Source: Candidatus Dormiibacterota bacterium
GTDB taxonomy: Bacteria > Chloroflexota > Dormibacteria > Aeolococcales > Aeolococcaceae
Length of the DNA: 64,000 bases
Direction of reading: 5' to 3'
NCBI GenBank assembly: GCA_035652335.1
Contig: DASRDZ010000072.1
Span: 26,081 to 90,080 of the forward strand
A program made the position numbers and the translations under genes. The notes under the pieces are model-generated. The model ran no database searches. It saw only the letters and a program-made list of their open reading frames with translations, and was not told the DNA's origin. This document shows positions 14,161 to 25,120 of this stretch, in pieces. The first letter of the stretch is position 1; each line of letters opens with the position of its first letter.

Positions 14161-14383
14161 GTCAGCGAGTGATTATCCCCAGCGGTGCGGGCGGTCGCAG
14201 AGTCGGTCGCTCATGCGCCGCGGGCGGCAACGACATCGGGAGCCGGGCCCCCGGCAGGTCAGGCTTGCCAGCCCCGTGATGCTCACCTGGCGGGGGCGAG
14301 GGGACATGTCTTGACAGTCCCGCATGTCCGCACACCACTACACGCTTGTAGCAGTCCGCAATGTGCAACAGCACAAAGGGATT

Positions 14384-15478
<1,095 letters not shown>

Positions 15479-15490
15479 CGGCGAACGTCC

Positions 15491-16402
15491 TTACGAGGCC
15501 AGCGGAAGCGGCGTGTCGTCGATCTCCCCGGCGCGGGCGGCGTGGAACGCTGCGATGGCGACCTCCATCTGGCGGTCGTCGGGCTCGCGCGTGGTGAGCA
15601 GCTGGGTGGCGAGGATGGGCGCGACCAGGACGCGTCCCACCGCCGTGTCGCGGATCCGGGCGAGCCCACGGATGCCCTCGTAGGAGATGGCGGCGACGAC
15701 CGGCACCAGCAGGATGCGCGAGAGCACCAGCATCAGCGGGCTCAGCCCGCCCAGCGGTGCGAACACCACGATGCTGACCAGCGCGACCACGACCAGGAAG
15801 CCCGTGCCGCAGCGCGGGTGCAGGCGCGAGGCGCGGCGCACGTGCTCGACGTCGAGCGGGTCGCCGGACTCGAAGCAGTTGATCGTCTTGTGCTCCGCGC
15901 CGTGGTATTCGAAGACGCGCCCGACGCTGCGCATCGACCCGATCAGCAGCAGGTAGCCGAGCAGGATCACCGCGCGCGCCACGCCCTCGATCACGACGAA
16001 CCCGACGCTGCGCGGCCCGCGATGGATCAGCGCCGCCGCGCCCAGCGGCAGCCCGACGAAGAGCAGCAGGCCGAAGACGATGGAGATGCTCATGGTGACG
16101 CGCATCGCGCCCTTGCTGAGCTGGATCTCCTCCTCCTCCATCTGCACGTTCGCCGACCAGCTCAGCGCGCGCATGCCGAGGTGGAGCATCTCCACCAGGC
16201 CGGCGACACCGCGGAGGAAGGGCAGCTTCCAGACGCTGCTGGTGTAGACCCGGGAGGTCAGCGGCTCCTGCTTGACGACGATGGAGCCGTCCTTGCGGCG
16301 CGCCGCCACCGCGTAGTGGCCCCTGCCGCGCATGAGCACACCTTCGATGACGGCCTGGCCGCCATAGAAGAACGGTTGCCTGGCGGCGGCGGCGGTGCCC
16401 AT
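15491..16402 (-). CDS. DUF1385 (YqhQ-like) membrane protein
   Basis: FYGGQAVIEGVLMRG and EYHGAEHKTINCFE blocks are characteristic of DUF1385. The location between rpmE and prfA is common for this family. Confidence 0.8.
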   Translation of the reverse strand: MGTAAAARQPFFYGGQAVIEGVLMRGRGHYAVAARRKDGSIVVKQEPLTSRVYTSSVWKLPFLRGVAGLVEMLHLGMRALSWSANVQMEEEEIQLSKGAMRVTMSISIVFGLLLFVGLPLGAAALIHRGPRSVGFVVIEGVARAVILLGYLLLIGSMRSVGRVFEYHGAEHKTINCFESGDPLDVEHVRRASRLHPRCGTGFLVVVALVSIVVFAPLGGLSPLMLVLSRILLVPVVAAISYEGIRGLARIRDTAVGRVLVAPILATQLLTTREPDDRQMEVAIAAFHAARAGEIDDTPLPLAS

Positions 16403-16424
16403 CGCGTTCTGCCCGAGGCGGCCG

Positions 16425-16640
16425 TCAGCTCTTGGCCGAGGCCTTCTGGGCGCGGCGGCGGAAGCGCTCGACCTGCCCGCCGGTGTCGACGATGCGCTGC
16501 GTGCCGGTGAAGAACGGATGGCAGACGGAGCAGACCTCCGTCTTCAGCTCGGGCAGCGTGGAGCCGGTGGTGAAGGTGTTGCCGCAGAGGCAGTGCACCA
16601 CGGCATCGTGGTGGTAGGTCGGATGGATCTCGGTCTTCAT
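16425..16640 (-). CDS. rpmE: 50S ribosomal protein L31 (Zn-ribbon type)
   Basis: Start placed at ATG 16640 ([10 protein letters not shown]). Cys pairs CLC and [10 protein letters not shown] are present. Confidence 0.93.
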   Translation of the reverse strand: MKTEIHPTYHHDAVVHCLCGNTFTTGSTLPELKTEVCSVCHPFFTGTQRIVDTGGQVERFRRRAQKASAKS

Positions 16641-16712
16641 GGCACTACAGTCTTGTGGTGGGGGTCGGCGAGCCAGCATAACACGGGCCCTCGCGGGGCC
16701 CTGGGGGCGGCG

Positions 16713-17636
16713 TCACTGGATCGTGGTGGCCACCTGGGCGGTGAGCAGGGCGGAGTGGGTCTCGGCCATGCCGATGGCGGTGATGGCGATGAGCACCGCG
16801 TAGCCGGCGGCGATCCACATCCGCGTGGAGGCGGGGATGCGCTCGTACTCGGGGTGCAGGGTCCGGTTGCGGAAGCGCTGCAGGGTGCCGATGCCGCCGA
16901 TGACGAGGATGAGCAGGAGGAAGGGGTTGAAGGCGGTGCCCGCGGCCACCGGCCCGAGGATGAGCAGCAGGATCACGCCGAGGCCGACCAGGTTCGCCCA
17001 GGGGCTCAGCGCGCTGGCGATGCGCCCGCCGTCGAGCGGGCTGAAGGGCACCAGGTTGAACAGGTTGATGAGGAAGCCCACGTAGGCGAGGGCGAGCAGC
17101 AGGTTGTGGGCGTAGCTGCCCCCGGGGGCCGCCACGGCGAGGAGCAGCGCGGCGACCGCCCCCAGGCTCCCGACCAGCGGGCCGCCGATGGCGATGACCG
17201 CCTCCTGGCGGGCGTCCTTGGGCGGCTGCTTGAGCCCGATGAAGGCGCCGAACGGTCCGAGGAAGATGGGCAGCCCCACCGGGATGCCCTCGGCGCGGGC
17301 GAAGAGGAGGTGGCCGCTCTCGTGGATGGCGATGAGGGCGACCAGGCCGACGCCGTAGGGGAGGCCGAAGATGCCGGCCATCAGGGCCAGGCTGACCACC
17401 ATCGAGATGGCGGTGGGGCCGAACTTGGCGAGCTTGAGCAGGGGCAGGCCGTACTTGGCGGCGGCGACGCCCGCCACGGCGACGGGGCCGGCGGCTCGGC
17501 GCACCGTGCTCTGCGCCTCCGGTTGCGAGGGCTCGGGCACGGCCGGCGGGGGCGCGTAGGGCGCCGGGACGTACTGCGCCGGCGGACCGTACGGCGGCTG
17601 GTAGGGCGACGACGGCGGCTGGGGATAGGAGTCCAC
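16713..17636 (-). CDS. Site-2 protease (M50) family metalloprotease with Pro/Tyr-rich N-terminus
   Basis: HESGHLL (HExxH) lies within a polytopic membrane core, and LVPFSPLDGGR is present. The start is uncertain: GTG 17636 is the first start after the upstream stop, and the longer ORF to 17966 overlaps the radical SAM gene. Confidence 0.75.
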   Translation of the reverse strand: MDSYPQPPSSPYQPPYGPPAQYVPAPYAPPPAVPEPSQPEAQSTVRRAAGPVAVAGVAAAKYGLPLLKLAKFGPTAISMVVSLALMAGIFGLPYGVGLVALIAIHESGHLLFARAEGIPVGLPIFLGPFGAFIGLKQPPKDARQEAVIAIGGPLVGSLGAVAALLLAVAAPGGSYAHNLLLALAYVGFLINLFNLVPFSPLDGGRIASALSPWANLVGLGVILLLILGPVAAGTAFNPFLLLILVIGGIGTLQRFRNRTLHPEYERIPASTRMWIAAGYAVLIAITAIGMAETHSALLTAQVATTIQ

Positions 17637-17677
17637 GACTGCAGTGTGATACCCGGGAGTGATGCGCGCGTAAACCC

Positions 17678-18928
17678 TCAGCCGCGCGAGAACGCCCGGG
17701 TGAAGTTGCCGTGCCGCACCGATGGCAGCTCCAGGCGGAAGCGGTCGAGGGCGGCGCGCATCCCCAGGCCGGGCTGCATCTCCGGGAGGAGGCGGACCAG
17801 CCAGTCGTGGTCGACGTTGAGCGAGCGCCACTGGACCTGCATCACGCCCATCTCGCGGCAGGCGGCCAGCGTGCGGTCGAGCTCCTCGGGGGCGTCGGTG
17901 ACGCCGGGGAAGGTGAGCAGGTTGAGACACACCTGCCCGCCCGCCGCGCGCATGATCCGCCCGCACTCCAGGACGTCCTCGAGCGAGTAGCCGACGGGAC
18001 GGTAGTAGGCGCGGAACACCGCGTCGGTGAAGGAGATGGCGCTGATCCGCACCGAGGTGCAGCCGGCGTCGATCAACCGCTGCAGCGCCCTGGGGCTGCT
18101 GCCGTTGGTGTTGACGTGGATGGTCGCGCCGGGATGCATGGCATGGATCTGCGCGGTGGCCTCGGCGAGGGTGTCGTCGCGGGTCAGCGGCTCACCCTCG
18201 CATCCCTGCCCGAAGGAGACGATGTGGGCGTCCTCGCCGCCCAGGTGGTAATCGGCAAGGCTGGCCAATTCTTCCGCGGTGGGTGCGTAGCGCATGCGCG
18301 GCTGCGGGGTGGGCACGTCCTGGGGCTGCAGCGAGATGCAGCCGAGGCAGTCGGCGTTGCAGGCGGGCGAGGCCGGGAGCGCCGCTTCGTAGCGGCGGTA
18401 GAAGGTGTTCTGCGCCGTGTAGCAGTTGTGCTCGAGGGCACAGACGCTGAGCTGCTCGACGATGCGGTTGCCCGGCAGCGCACGCCGCGCCGCCTCCACC
18501 GCGGCGGGGAGGTCGGGACGGCGGAAGCGCGCCGGCTCCCACCAGTCGAGGGTGTCGGTGCGCAGGGCGGCGACGACCAGCTCGCCGCGGTGCTCCGCGA
18601 GGGCCGTGTAGCCGAAGAGCGGCAGCCGCGGCGCGCCCTTCTGCGGCTCCGACGCCGGCAGCAGCGTGCGCAGGTGTCCCACCGGCAGCACCGCGGCGAC
18701 GGGCAGCGCGTCCTCGCCGAGCGTCACCGGCTCCCCGCTGCGCGCGAAGGCCAGGGCGCGCCGTCCCGGCAGGTGTGCGACGGTCGCCGTGTCCGGCAGC
18801 GGGATGGCGTCCTCAGCCCGGAGCGGCAGCAGCCGTGCACCGCTGCGCGCCGCCGGCCGCACGCCGGGAAGGACGTCGAGGCTCCCGTCGGAACGGGCGA
18901 TGCAGCACTGCATGACGCGCCCGATCAT
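17678..18928 (-). CDS. Radical SAM protein with ~185 aa N-terminal extension
   Basis: CNADCLGC (CxxxCxxC) lies at residues 190-197, followed by a TIM-barrel-like region. An alternative ATG is at 18913. Confidence 0.8.
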   Translation of the reverse strand: MIGRVMQCCIARSDGSLDVLPGVRPAARSGARLLPLRAEDAIPLPDTATVAHLPGRRALAFARSGEPVTLGEDALPVAAVLPVGHLRTLLPASEPQKGAPRLPLFGYTALAEHRGELVVAALRTDTLDWWEPARFRRPDLPAAVEAARRALPGNRIVEQLSVCALEHNCYTAQNTFYRRYEAALPASPACNADCLGCISLQPQDVPTPQPRMRYAPTAEELASLADYHLGGEDAHIVSFGQGCEGEPLTRDDTLAEATAQIHAMHPGATIHVNTNGSSPRALQRLIDAGCTSVRISAISFTDAVFRAYYRPVGYSLEDVLECGRIMRAAGGQVCLNLLTFPGVTDAPEELDRTLAACREMGVMQVQWRSLNVDHDWLVRLLPEMQPGLGMRAALDRFRLELPSVRHGNFTRAFSRG

Positions 18929-19018
18929 AGGCGCGTCACGGCGGGCTTCAGCCCGCCGAGGAGGGGCACGCCGGGGGGAGGATCTGCCTCCCCCGTTCGG
19001 CGCGCGTCTCAGCAGGCC
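18914..19018. repeat. Multi-hairpin interspersed repeat copy (REP/MIRU-like)
   Basis: Hairpins: GACGCGCC-cgatcata-GGCGCGTC (18914-18937), GGCGGGC-ttca-GCCCGCC (18940-18957) and GGGGGAGG-atctg-CCTCCCCC (18974-18994). It is the reverse complement of the 37285 copy. Confidence 0.85.
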
Positions 19019-19024
19019 GATGAT

Positions 19025-20242
19025 CTACGCTCCCGAGCCGCGCCACTCCTTGCGCCGCCACGGCTCGCCGGCGAAGGCCGCCCGCACCGCCTGGCGCACC
19101 TCGGCGTCACCGATCACGTCCGCGCCGGTCAGGGCCAGCGCCTCGGCGCCCTGGATCAGGGCGGTGTAGCCGCGGTCGGAGTCGGCGGCGGTGCGGAAGT
19201 CGTGGGTGTGGCAGGCGACGCCCTCGTCGGCGATGCCCACCTCCGGGTGCAGGGTGGGCACGGCGTAGGAGAGGTCGCCGACGTCGGTGGAGCCGACCCG
19301 CTCCCACGGGATGGAGGGCACGGGATCGAGGCCGACGCGGTCGAGGTGCTGATGGCAGCGCTCGGCCAGCACCGGGTTGGAACGCAGGTCGAGGTACGTC
19401 TCCTCCTCCTCCAGCTCCAGCGCGCATCCCGTCGCCGCCGCCGCCGCCTCGAAGATGGTTCGGAAGCGAACGTTCATCTCCTTCAGGTAGGCGCCGTCGC
19501 GCGCCCGGGTGATGAACTCGCCGCTGGTGCGCTCGGGGATGATGTTGGGCGCGGTGCCGCCCTCGAAGATGGCGCCGTGGATGCGCGCGTCGTCGCGCAG
19601 CTGCTGGCGCCACAGGGCGATGCCGTTGTAGGCGTGGACGAACGCGTCGAGGGCGTTCAACCCCTGCTGGGGGTCGGCCGCCGCGTGCGAGGCGCGGCCG
19701 GTGAACACGAAGCGCCAGTGGGTGCAGGCCAGCGCGTACATCACCGCCTTGGTCATGTCGGCTGGATGGAAGATCAGGGCGGTGTCGAACTCGTCGAAGA
19801 CGCCGTCGTGGCAGAGCGGGATCTTGCCGCCTCCCCCCTCCTCCGCCGGGGAGCCGACGACGCGCACGCGACCGGGCAGCCCCACGTCGCGAAGCGCCAG
19901 GGAGAGGGCGATCCCGGCGCCGGCCGAACCGGTCCCGATCAGGTTGTGGCCGCAGGCGTGGCCGAGACCGCGCAGCGCGTCGTACTCGCAGACGAACGCG
20001 ACGGCTGGCCCGGCGCCGGTCCCCGCGTCGGCGATGAAGGCCGTCTCCATCCCCGACGCCCCGCGCTGCACCTGGAACCCGTGCCGCTCCAGCAGGTCAC
20101 AGAGCAGTGCCGCCGAGCGGTGCTCCTCGTACGCCGTCTCCGGGTTGTGGTGGATGTCGCGGGCGAGCGCCTGCAGGTCGGGGGCGAGCTCCTCCAGGTG
20201 GCGGTGGATCGACGCGGCGAGGCTGTCGGTGGCGACGGACAT
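19025..20242 (-). CDS. M20 family amidohydrolase/peptidase (AbgB/YxeP-like)
   Basis: ARDIHHNPETAYEEHRSA and CEYDALRGLGHACGHNL blocks are typical of M20D amidohydrolases. Confidence 0.85.
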   Translation of the reverse strand: MSVATDSLAASIHRHLEELAPDLQALARDIHHNPETAYEEHRSAALLCDLLERHGFQVQRGASGMETAFIADAGTGAGPAVAFVCEYDALRGLGHACGHNLIGTGSAGAGIALSLALRDVGLPGRVRVVGSPAEEGGGGKIPLCHDGVFDEFDTALIFHPADMTKAVMYALACTHWRFVFTGRASHAAADPQQGLNALDAFVHAYNGIALWRQQLRDDARIHGAIFEGGTAPNIIPERTSGEFITRARDGAYLKEMNVRFRTIFEAAAAATGCALELEEEETYLDLRSNPVLAERCHQHLDRVGLDPVPSIPWERVGSTDVGDLSYAVPTLHPEVGIADEGVACHTHDFRTAADSDRGYTALIQGAEALALTGADVIGDAEVRQAVRAAFAGEPWRRKEWRGSGA

Positions 20243-20282
20243 CGCGGAAGCTCCTCCGGGGAATCCTGCGGGGATCCCCAGC

Positions 20283-21296
20283 CTAGCGAATCTCCGGCGC
20301 CTCCTCGGGCTGGAGGGCGACGTGGTGCTTGGTGATGATCTCCCGCACCGTTCCGCTGCGCGCCCGCATGACCATGCTGTGGGTCTCCGCCCACCAGCTG
20401 TGGTACAGCACGCCGCGGAGCAGCCCGCCGCCGGTGATCCCGGTCACCGCCACGCTGACGTCGGACCCGGGCACGAGCCGGTCCATGCTCATCGCCGACT
20501 CCGGGTCGAACCCCGCCGCGACGATGGCCGCCGCCTCCTCCTCGTGCCGCACCCACGGCCGGCACTGCAGCTCGCCGCCCAGGCAGCGCAGCGCGCAGGC
20601 GGCGAGCACCGCCTCGCCCGTGCCACCCGCGCCGAGCATCACGTCGACGCCGCTGCCCGACACCGCCGCCATCATCGCCGCGCCGACGTCGCCGTCGCTG
20701 ATCAGGGCCACCCGGGCGCCCATCTCGCGAACGCGCTCCAGCAGGGCCTGGTGGCGCGGCCGGTCGAGCATGGCGACGGTGAGGTCGTTGACGCGCACGT
20801 CCATGGAGAAGGCCACGCGGCGCAGGTTGTTCTCCGGGGTGTCGGTGATGTCGATGGAGCCGCGCGCCTTGGGGCCGACCGCGATCTTGTGCATGTAGGC
20901 GACGGGCGGCGGCTGCAGGATGCCGCCGGGCTCGGCGGCCGCGGCGATGGAGAGTGCCTGCGAGTGCCCGCGCGCCACCAGGCTGATGCCGTCGACCGGC
21001 AGCACCGCGAGGTCGATGCGGTCGCGCCCGGCGCCGATGCGGCGGCCGGGGCTGAGCGAGCTCCCCGGCGCGTCGGGGCCGATGACGATGCGCGCGTCGA
21101 AGGGCATCCCGGAGAGCGCCTCCTCCATCGACTGCAGCCCGGCGTCGCGCGTGCCCGCCTTGTCGCCGCGGCCCAGCCAGCGGCCCACGGTGAGCGCGGC
21201 CGCCTCGGTTGCGCGGAGCAGCTCCAGCCCGTGGTGGGCGTCGCGCACGGGGGTCCGGGGGCGGAGCGAGGAGGCGCGCGACGGGGCGGTGCTCAT
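20283..21296 (-). CDS. glpX: Class II fructose-1,6-bisphosphatase
   Basis: Start placed at ATG 21296 (MSTAPSR) inside the 934 aa composite ORF. GlpX blocks AVLPVDGISLVARG, YMHKIAVGP and ALISDGDV are present. Confidence 0.9.
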   Translation of the reverse strand: MSTAPSRASSLRPRTPVRDAHHGLELLRATEAAALTVGRWLGRGDKAGTRDAGLQSMEEALSGMPFDARIVIGPDAPGSSLSPGRRIGAGRDRIDLAVLPVDGISLVARGHSQALSIAAAAEPGGILQPPPVAYMHKIAVGPKARGSIDITDTPENNLRRVAFSMDVRVNDLTVAMLDRPRHQALLERVREMGARVALISDGDVGAAMMAAVSGSGVDVMLGAGGTGEAVLAACALRCLGGELQCRPWVRHEEEAAAIVAAGFDPESAMSMDRLVPGSDVSVAVTGITGGGLLRGVLYHSWWAETHSMVMRARSGTVREIITKHHVALQPEEAPEIR

Positions 21297-21352
21297 AGCC
21301 GACACGATGCCAGGTGGGGGTGGTGCCGGGCGCTCCGTGAAGGGACCGTGAC

Positions 21353-23053
<1,701 letters not shown>

Positions 23054-23114
23054 CCGCCCCGAGCGGCTGGCGCACCCATGTTCGCAAGGCGTTGCGACCG
23101 AGGTGCGCCGCGCA

Positions 23115-23741
23115 TCACGCCGCGCCGGCCCTCGGCTCGAGGACGACGACGCGGGTCTCCTCCACCGTCCCGCTCGACCCGGTGAGGTTGAGCTTCGGCT
23201 GCGGCGCCCAGGAGCCCTCGGCGAGCCCCATCTCCCTGGCGAACTTGTCGACCGGCTCGTACTGTCCCGGCAGCCCCGGCACGGCGTAGCGCACGGGCAC
23301 GACGATGGCCGGCTCGACGGCGCTGACCAGCTTGGCCGCCTCGGCGGCGGTGGCGGCGTCGTCGCCCCCGACCGGCGCCAGCAGGACGTCGACGTGGCCC
23401 AGCGACTCGATCTCGTCCTCGGTGAGCGGGCGGCGCAGGCGGCCGATGGCGGCGACGCGGACGTCGTCGACCTCGACGCGCATGATCGTGGTCGTCCCGG
23501 CGGGGAGGCCGAAGACGCGCACGCCCTTGAGCTCGTACTCGCCCGGGCCGCTCACCTCCTGCGGGCGGCCGTCGGCGGGGCGGAGGGTGGCGAAGCTGGT
23601 CTCGCCCTCGGTGCGCACGACGATGTCGGGGGTGAGCTTGGGGATGCCGGGGGCGGTGCCCGGGGGGATCGGGTCGATGACGACCTGCACGTCGCGGCCG
23701 CGGAGGCGGACGCAGCTCAAGCCGACGAAGGTGATCTCCAT
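23115..23741 (-). CDS. MBL-fold (COG2220-like) protein lacking the metal-binding His motif
   Basis: Start placed at ATG 23741 (MEITFVGLSCVRL...VVIDP). GHVDVLLAPVGG and VVPVRY blocks resemble small MBL-fold hydrolases. The HxHxDH position reads RTEGET. Confidence 0.6.
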   Translation of the reverse strand: MEITFVGLSCVRLRGRDVQVVIDPIPPGTAPGIPKLTPDIVVRTEGETSFATLRPADGRPQEVSGPGEYELKGVRVFGLPAGTTTIMRVEVDDVRVAAIGRLRRPLTEDEIESLGHVDVLLAPVGGDDAATAAEAAKLVSAVEPAIVVPVRYAVPGLPGQYEPVDKFAREMGLAEGSWAPQPKLNLTGSSGTVEETRVVVLEPRAGAA

Positions 23742-23762
23742 CGGGCAGCAGATGCTACTGGT

Positions 23763-23956
23763 TTCGGCGCGCTCAGGCGCGCGCCACACGGGGGAGCAGA
23801 TCTCCCCCGACCCCCTCTCGGCAGGCTGAAGCCTGCCGGGGCGAGCCGAGGCTCGCCGTTCTTCGGCGCGCTCAGGCGCGCGCCACACGGGGGAGCAGAT
23901 CTCCCCCGACCCCCTCTCGGCAGGCTGAAGCCTGCCGGGGCGAGCCGAGGCTCGCC
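23763..23956. repeat. Tandem duplication (2 x 99 bp) of the multi-hairpin interspersed repeat
   Basis: The units at 23763-23861 and 23862-23956 look near-identical by eye. Each has hairpins GGCGCGC..GCGCGCC, GGGGGAG-cagat-CTCCCCC, GGCAGGC-tgaa-GCCTGCC and GGCGAGC-cgag-GCTCGCC. Confidence 0.9.
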
Positions 23957-23970
23957 TGGGCGCTCTTGCT

Positions 23971-25116
23971 TCAGGTGGCGCCGTCGACGATGGTGAGGGA
24001 GAGCTGGAGCTGCTTCCTGTCGCGGGTGACGGAGAGGCTCACGGTCTGGCCCGCCTCCAACCCCAGGGCGGCGGGGTCGAGGGGGTGGTTGGGGTCGACG
24101 GCGGCGCCGTTGACGGCGGTGATGACGTCGCCCTGGAGGAGGCCGGCGGCGGCGGCGGGGCCGCCGGGGATGACGCTGCGCACCAGGGCGCCCTGGGGGA
24201 GGCCGGCGGCCGCCGCGGTGGCGGGGTCGAGGAGGACGGCGACCACGCCGAAGGTGGGGCGCTGCGAGGTGCCGCCGTGGGAGAGGCGGTCGACCAGGGC
24301 GGCGGCGTCCCGGCCGCTCAGGGCGACCACACCGGGCAGGGCGGGGTCGCCGGTGACGTTGACGACCACCCCGACCACCTGTCCCGCGGCGTCGAGCAGG
24401 GGGCCGCCGTCGTCCTGGGGGTCGGCGGTGGCGTCGACGGTCAGGGCGTCGAGCACCTCGCCGGCGGCGGCGCTGGAGCCGCCGGCGGGGATGCTGAGGC
24501 TGCGGCCCACCGAGGACACCGTGCCGGAGTTGACGCTGACACCACCGAAGGGTGGTGCCCCCACCGCGACGACGAGGTCGCCCGCCCGCGCGTCGGAGGA
24601 AGCGAAGCTCAGCGCCGCCAGTCCCGAGGCCCCCACGGCCTGGAGCACGGCGATGCCGTGGGCGACGTCGGCCCCGGCGACCACCGCGCCGTACACGTGC
24701 CCGTCGGGCAGCGCCACGCGGAGCTGGGTGGCGCCCTCCAGGGCATGGGCGCTGGTCACGACCAGCCCGTCCGAGCTGGCCACGAAGCCGACGGCGAAGC
24801 CCTTGGGCTGGCCCAGCAGGTCGCCCGGCGCGAGCGGCTGGGTGAGCACCTTGGCGATGCTCGGGGCCGCCGTGGTGGCGATCGCCCCGACGCTGGCGGG
24901 CTGCGCCTGGCTGCCCGGCTGCGACGCCGGCGCCTGGGTGATGACCCTCTCCACGGGACCGTAGTGCTGGTAGATGCCCCAGGCCGCCGCCGCACCGCCG
25001 ATCAGGCCGAGGCAGATGCTCAGCACGATGGCGGGCAGCAGGGGGACCCGGCGCAGGGTCCAGGCTCCGGTGGCTCGGATGACAGGCGGTTGGGGCCGCC
25101 CGACCTCGTCGCTCAC
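23971..25116 (-). CDS. HtrA/DegP-like trypsin-fold + PDZ protein, predicted catalytically inactive
   Basis: An N-terminal TM helix is followed by a trypsin-like core (VVTSAHAL) and a PDZ region (VIPGGPAAAAGLLQGDVITAVNG). The GNSGGP block reads QDDGGP and the D(I/L)AVL block reads GIAVL. Confidence 0.8.
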   Translation of the reverse strand: MSDEVGRPQPPVIRATGAWTLRRVPLLPAIVLSICLGLIGGAAAAWGIYQHYGPVERVITQAPASQPGSQAQPASVGAIATTAAPSIAKVLTQPLAPGDLLGQPKGFAVGFVASSDGLVVTSAHALEGATQLRVALPDGHVYGAVVAGADVAHGIAVLQAVGASGLAALSFASSDARAGDLVVAVGAPPFGGVSVNSGTVSSVGRSLSIPAGGSSAAAGEVLDALTVDATADPQDDGGPLLDAAGQVVGVVVNVTGDPALPGVVALSGRDAAALVDRLSHGGTSQRPTFGVVAVLLDPATAAAAGLPQGALVRSVIPGGPAAAAGLLQGDVITAVNGAAVDPNHPLDPAALGLEAGQTVSLSVTRDRKQLQLSLTIVDGAT

Positions 25117-25120
25117 GCGC

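Noticed and set aside
23103-23996. Plus-strand ORFs translating the repeats (FFGALRRAPHGGADLPRPPLGRLKPAGASRGSP twice; also 37135..37359)
   Set aside because: The repeated peptide is just the repeat read in one frame. Copies occur in both orientations and are hairpin-structured, which points to a nucleic-acid-level element rather than a coding repeat.
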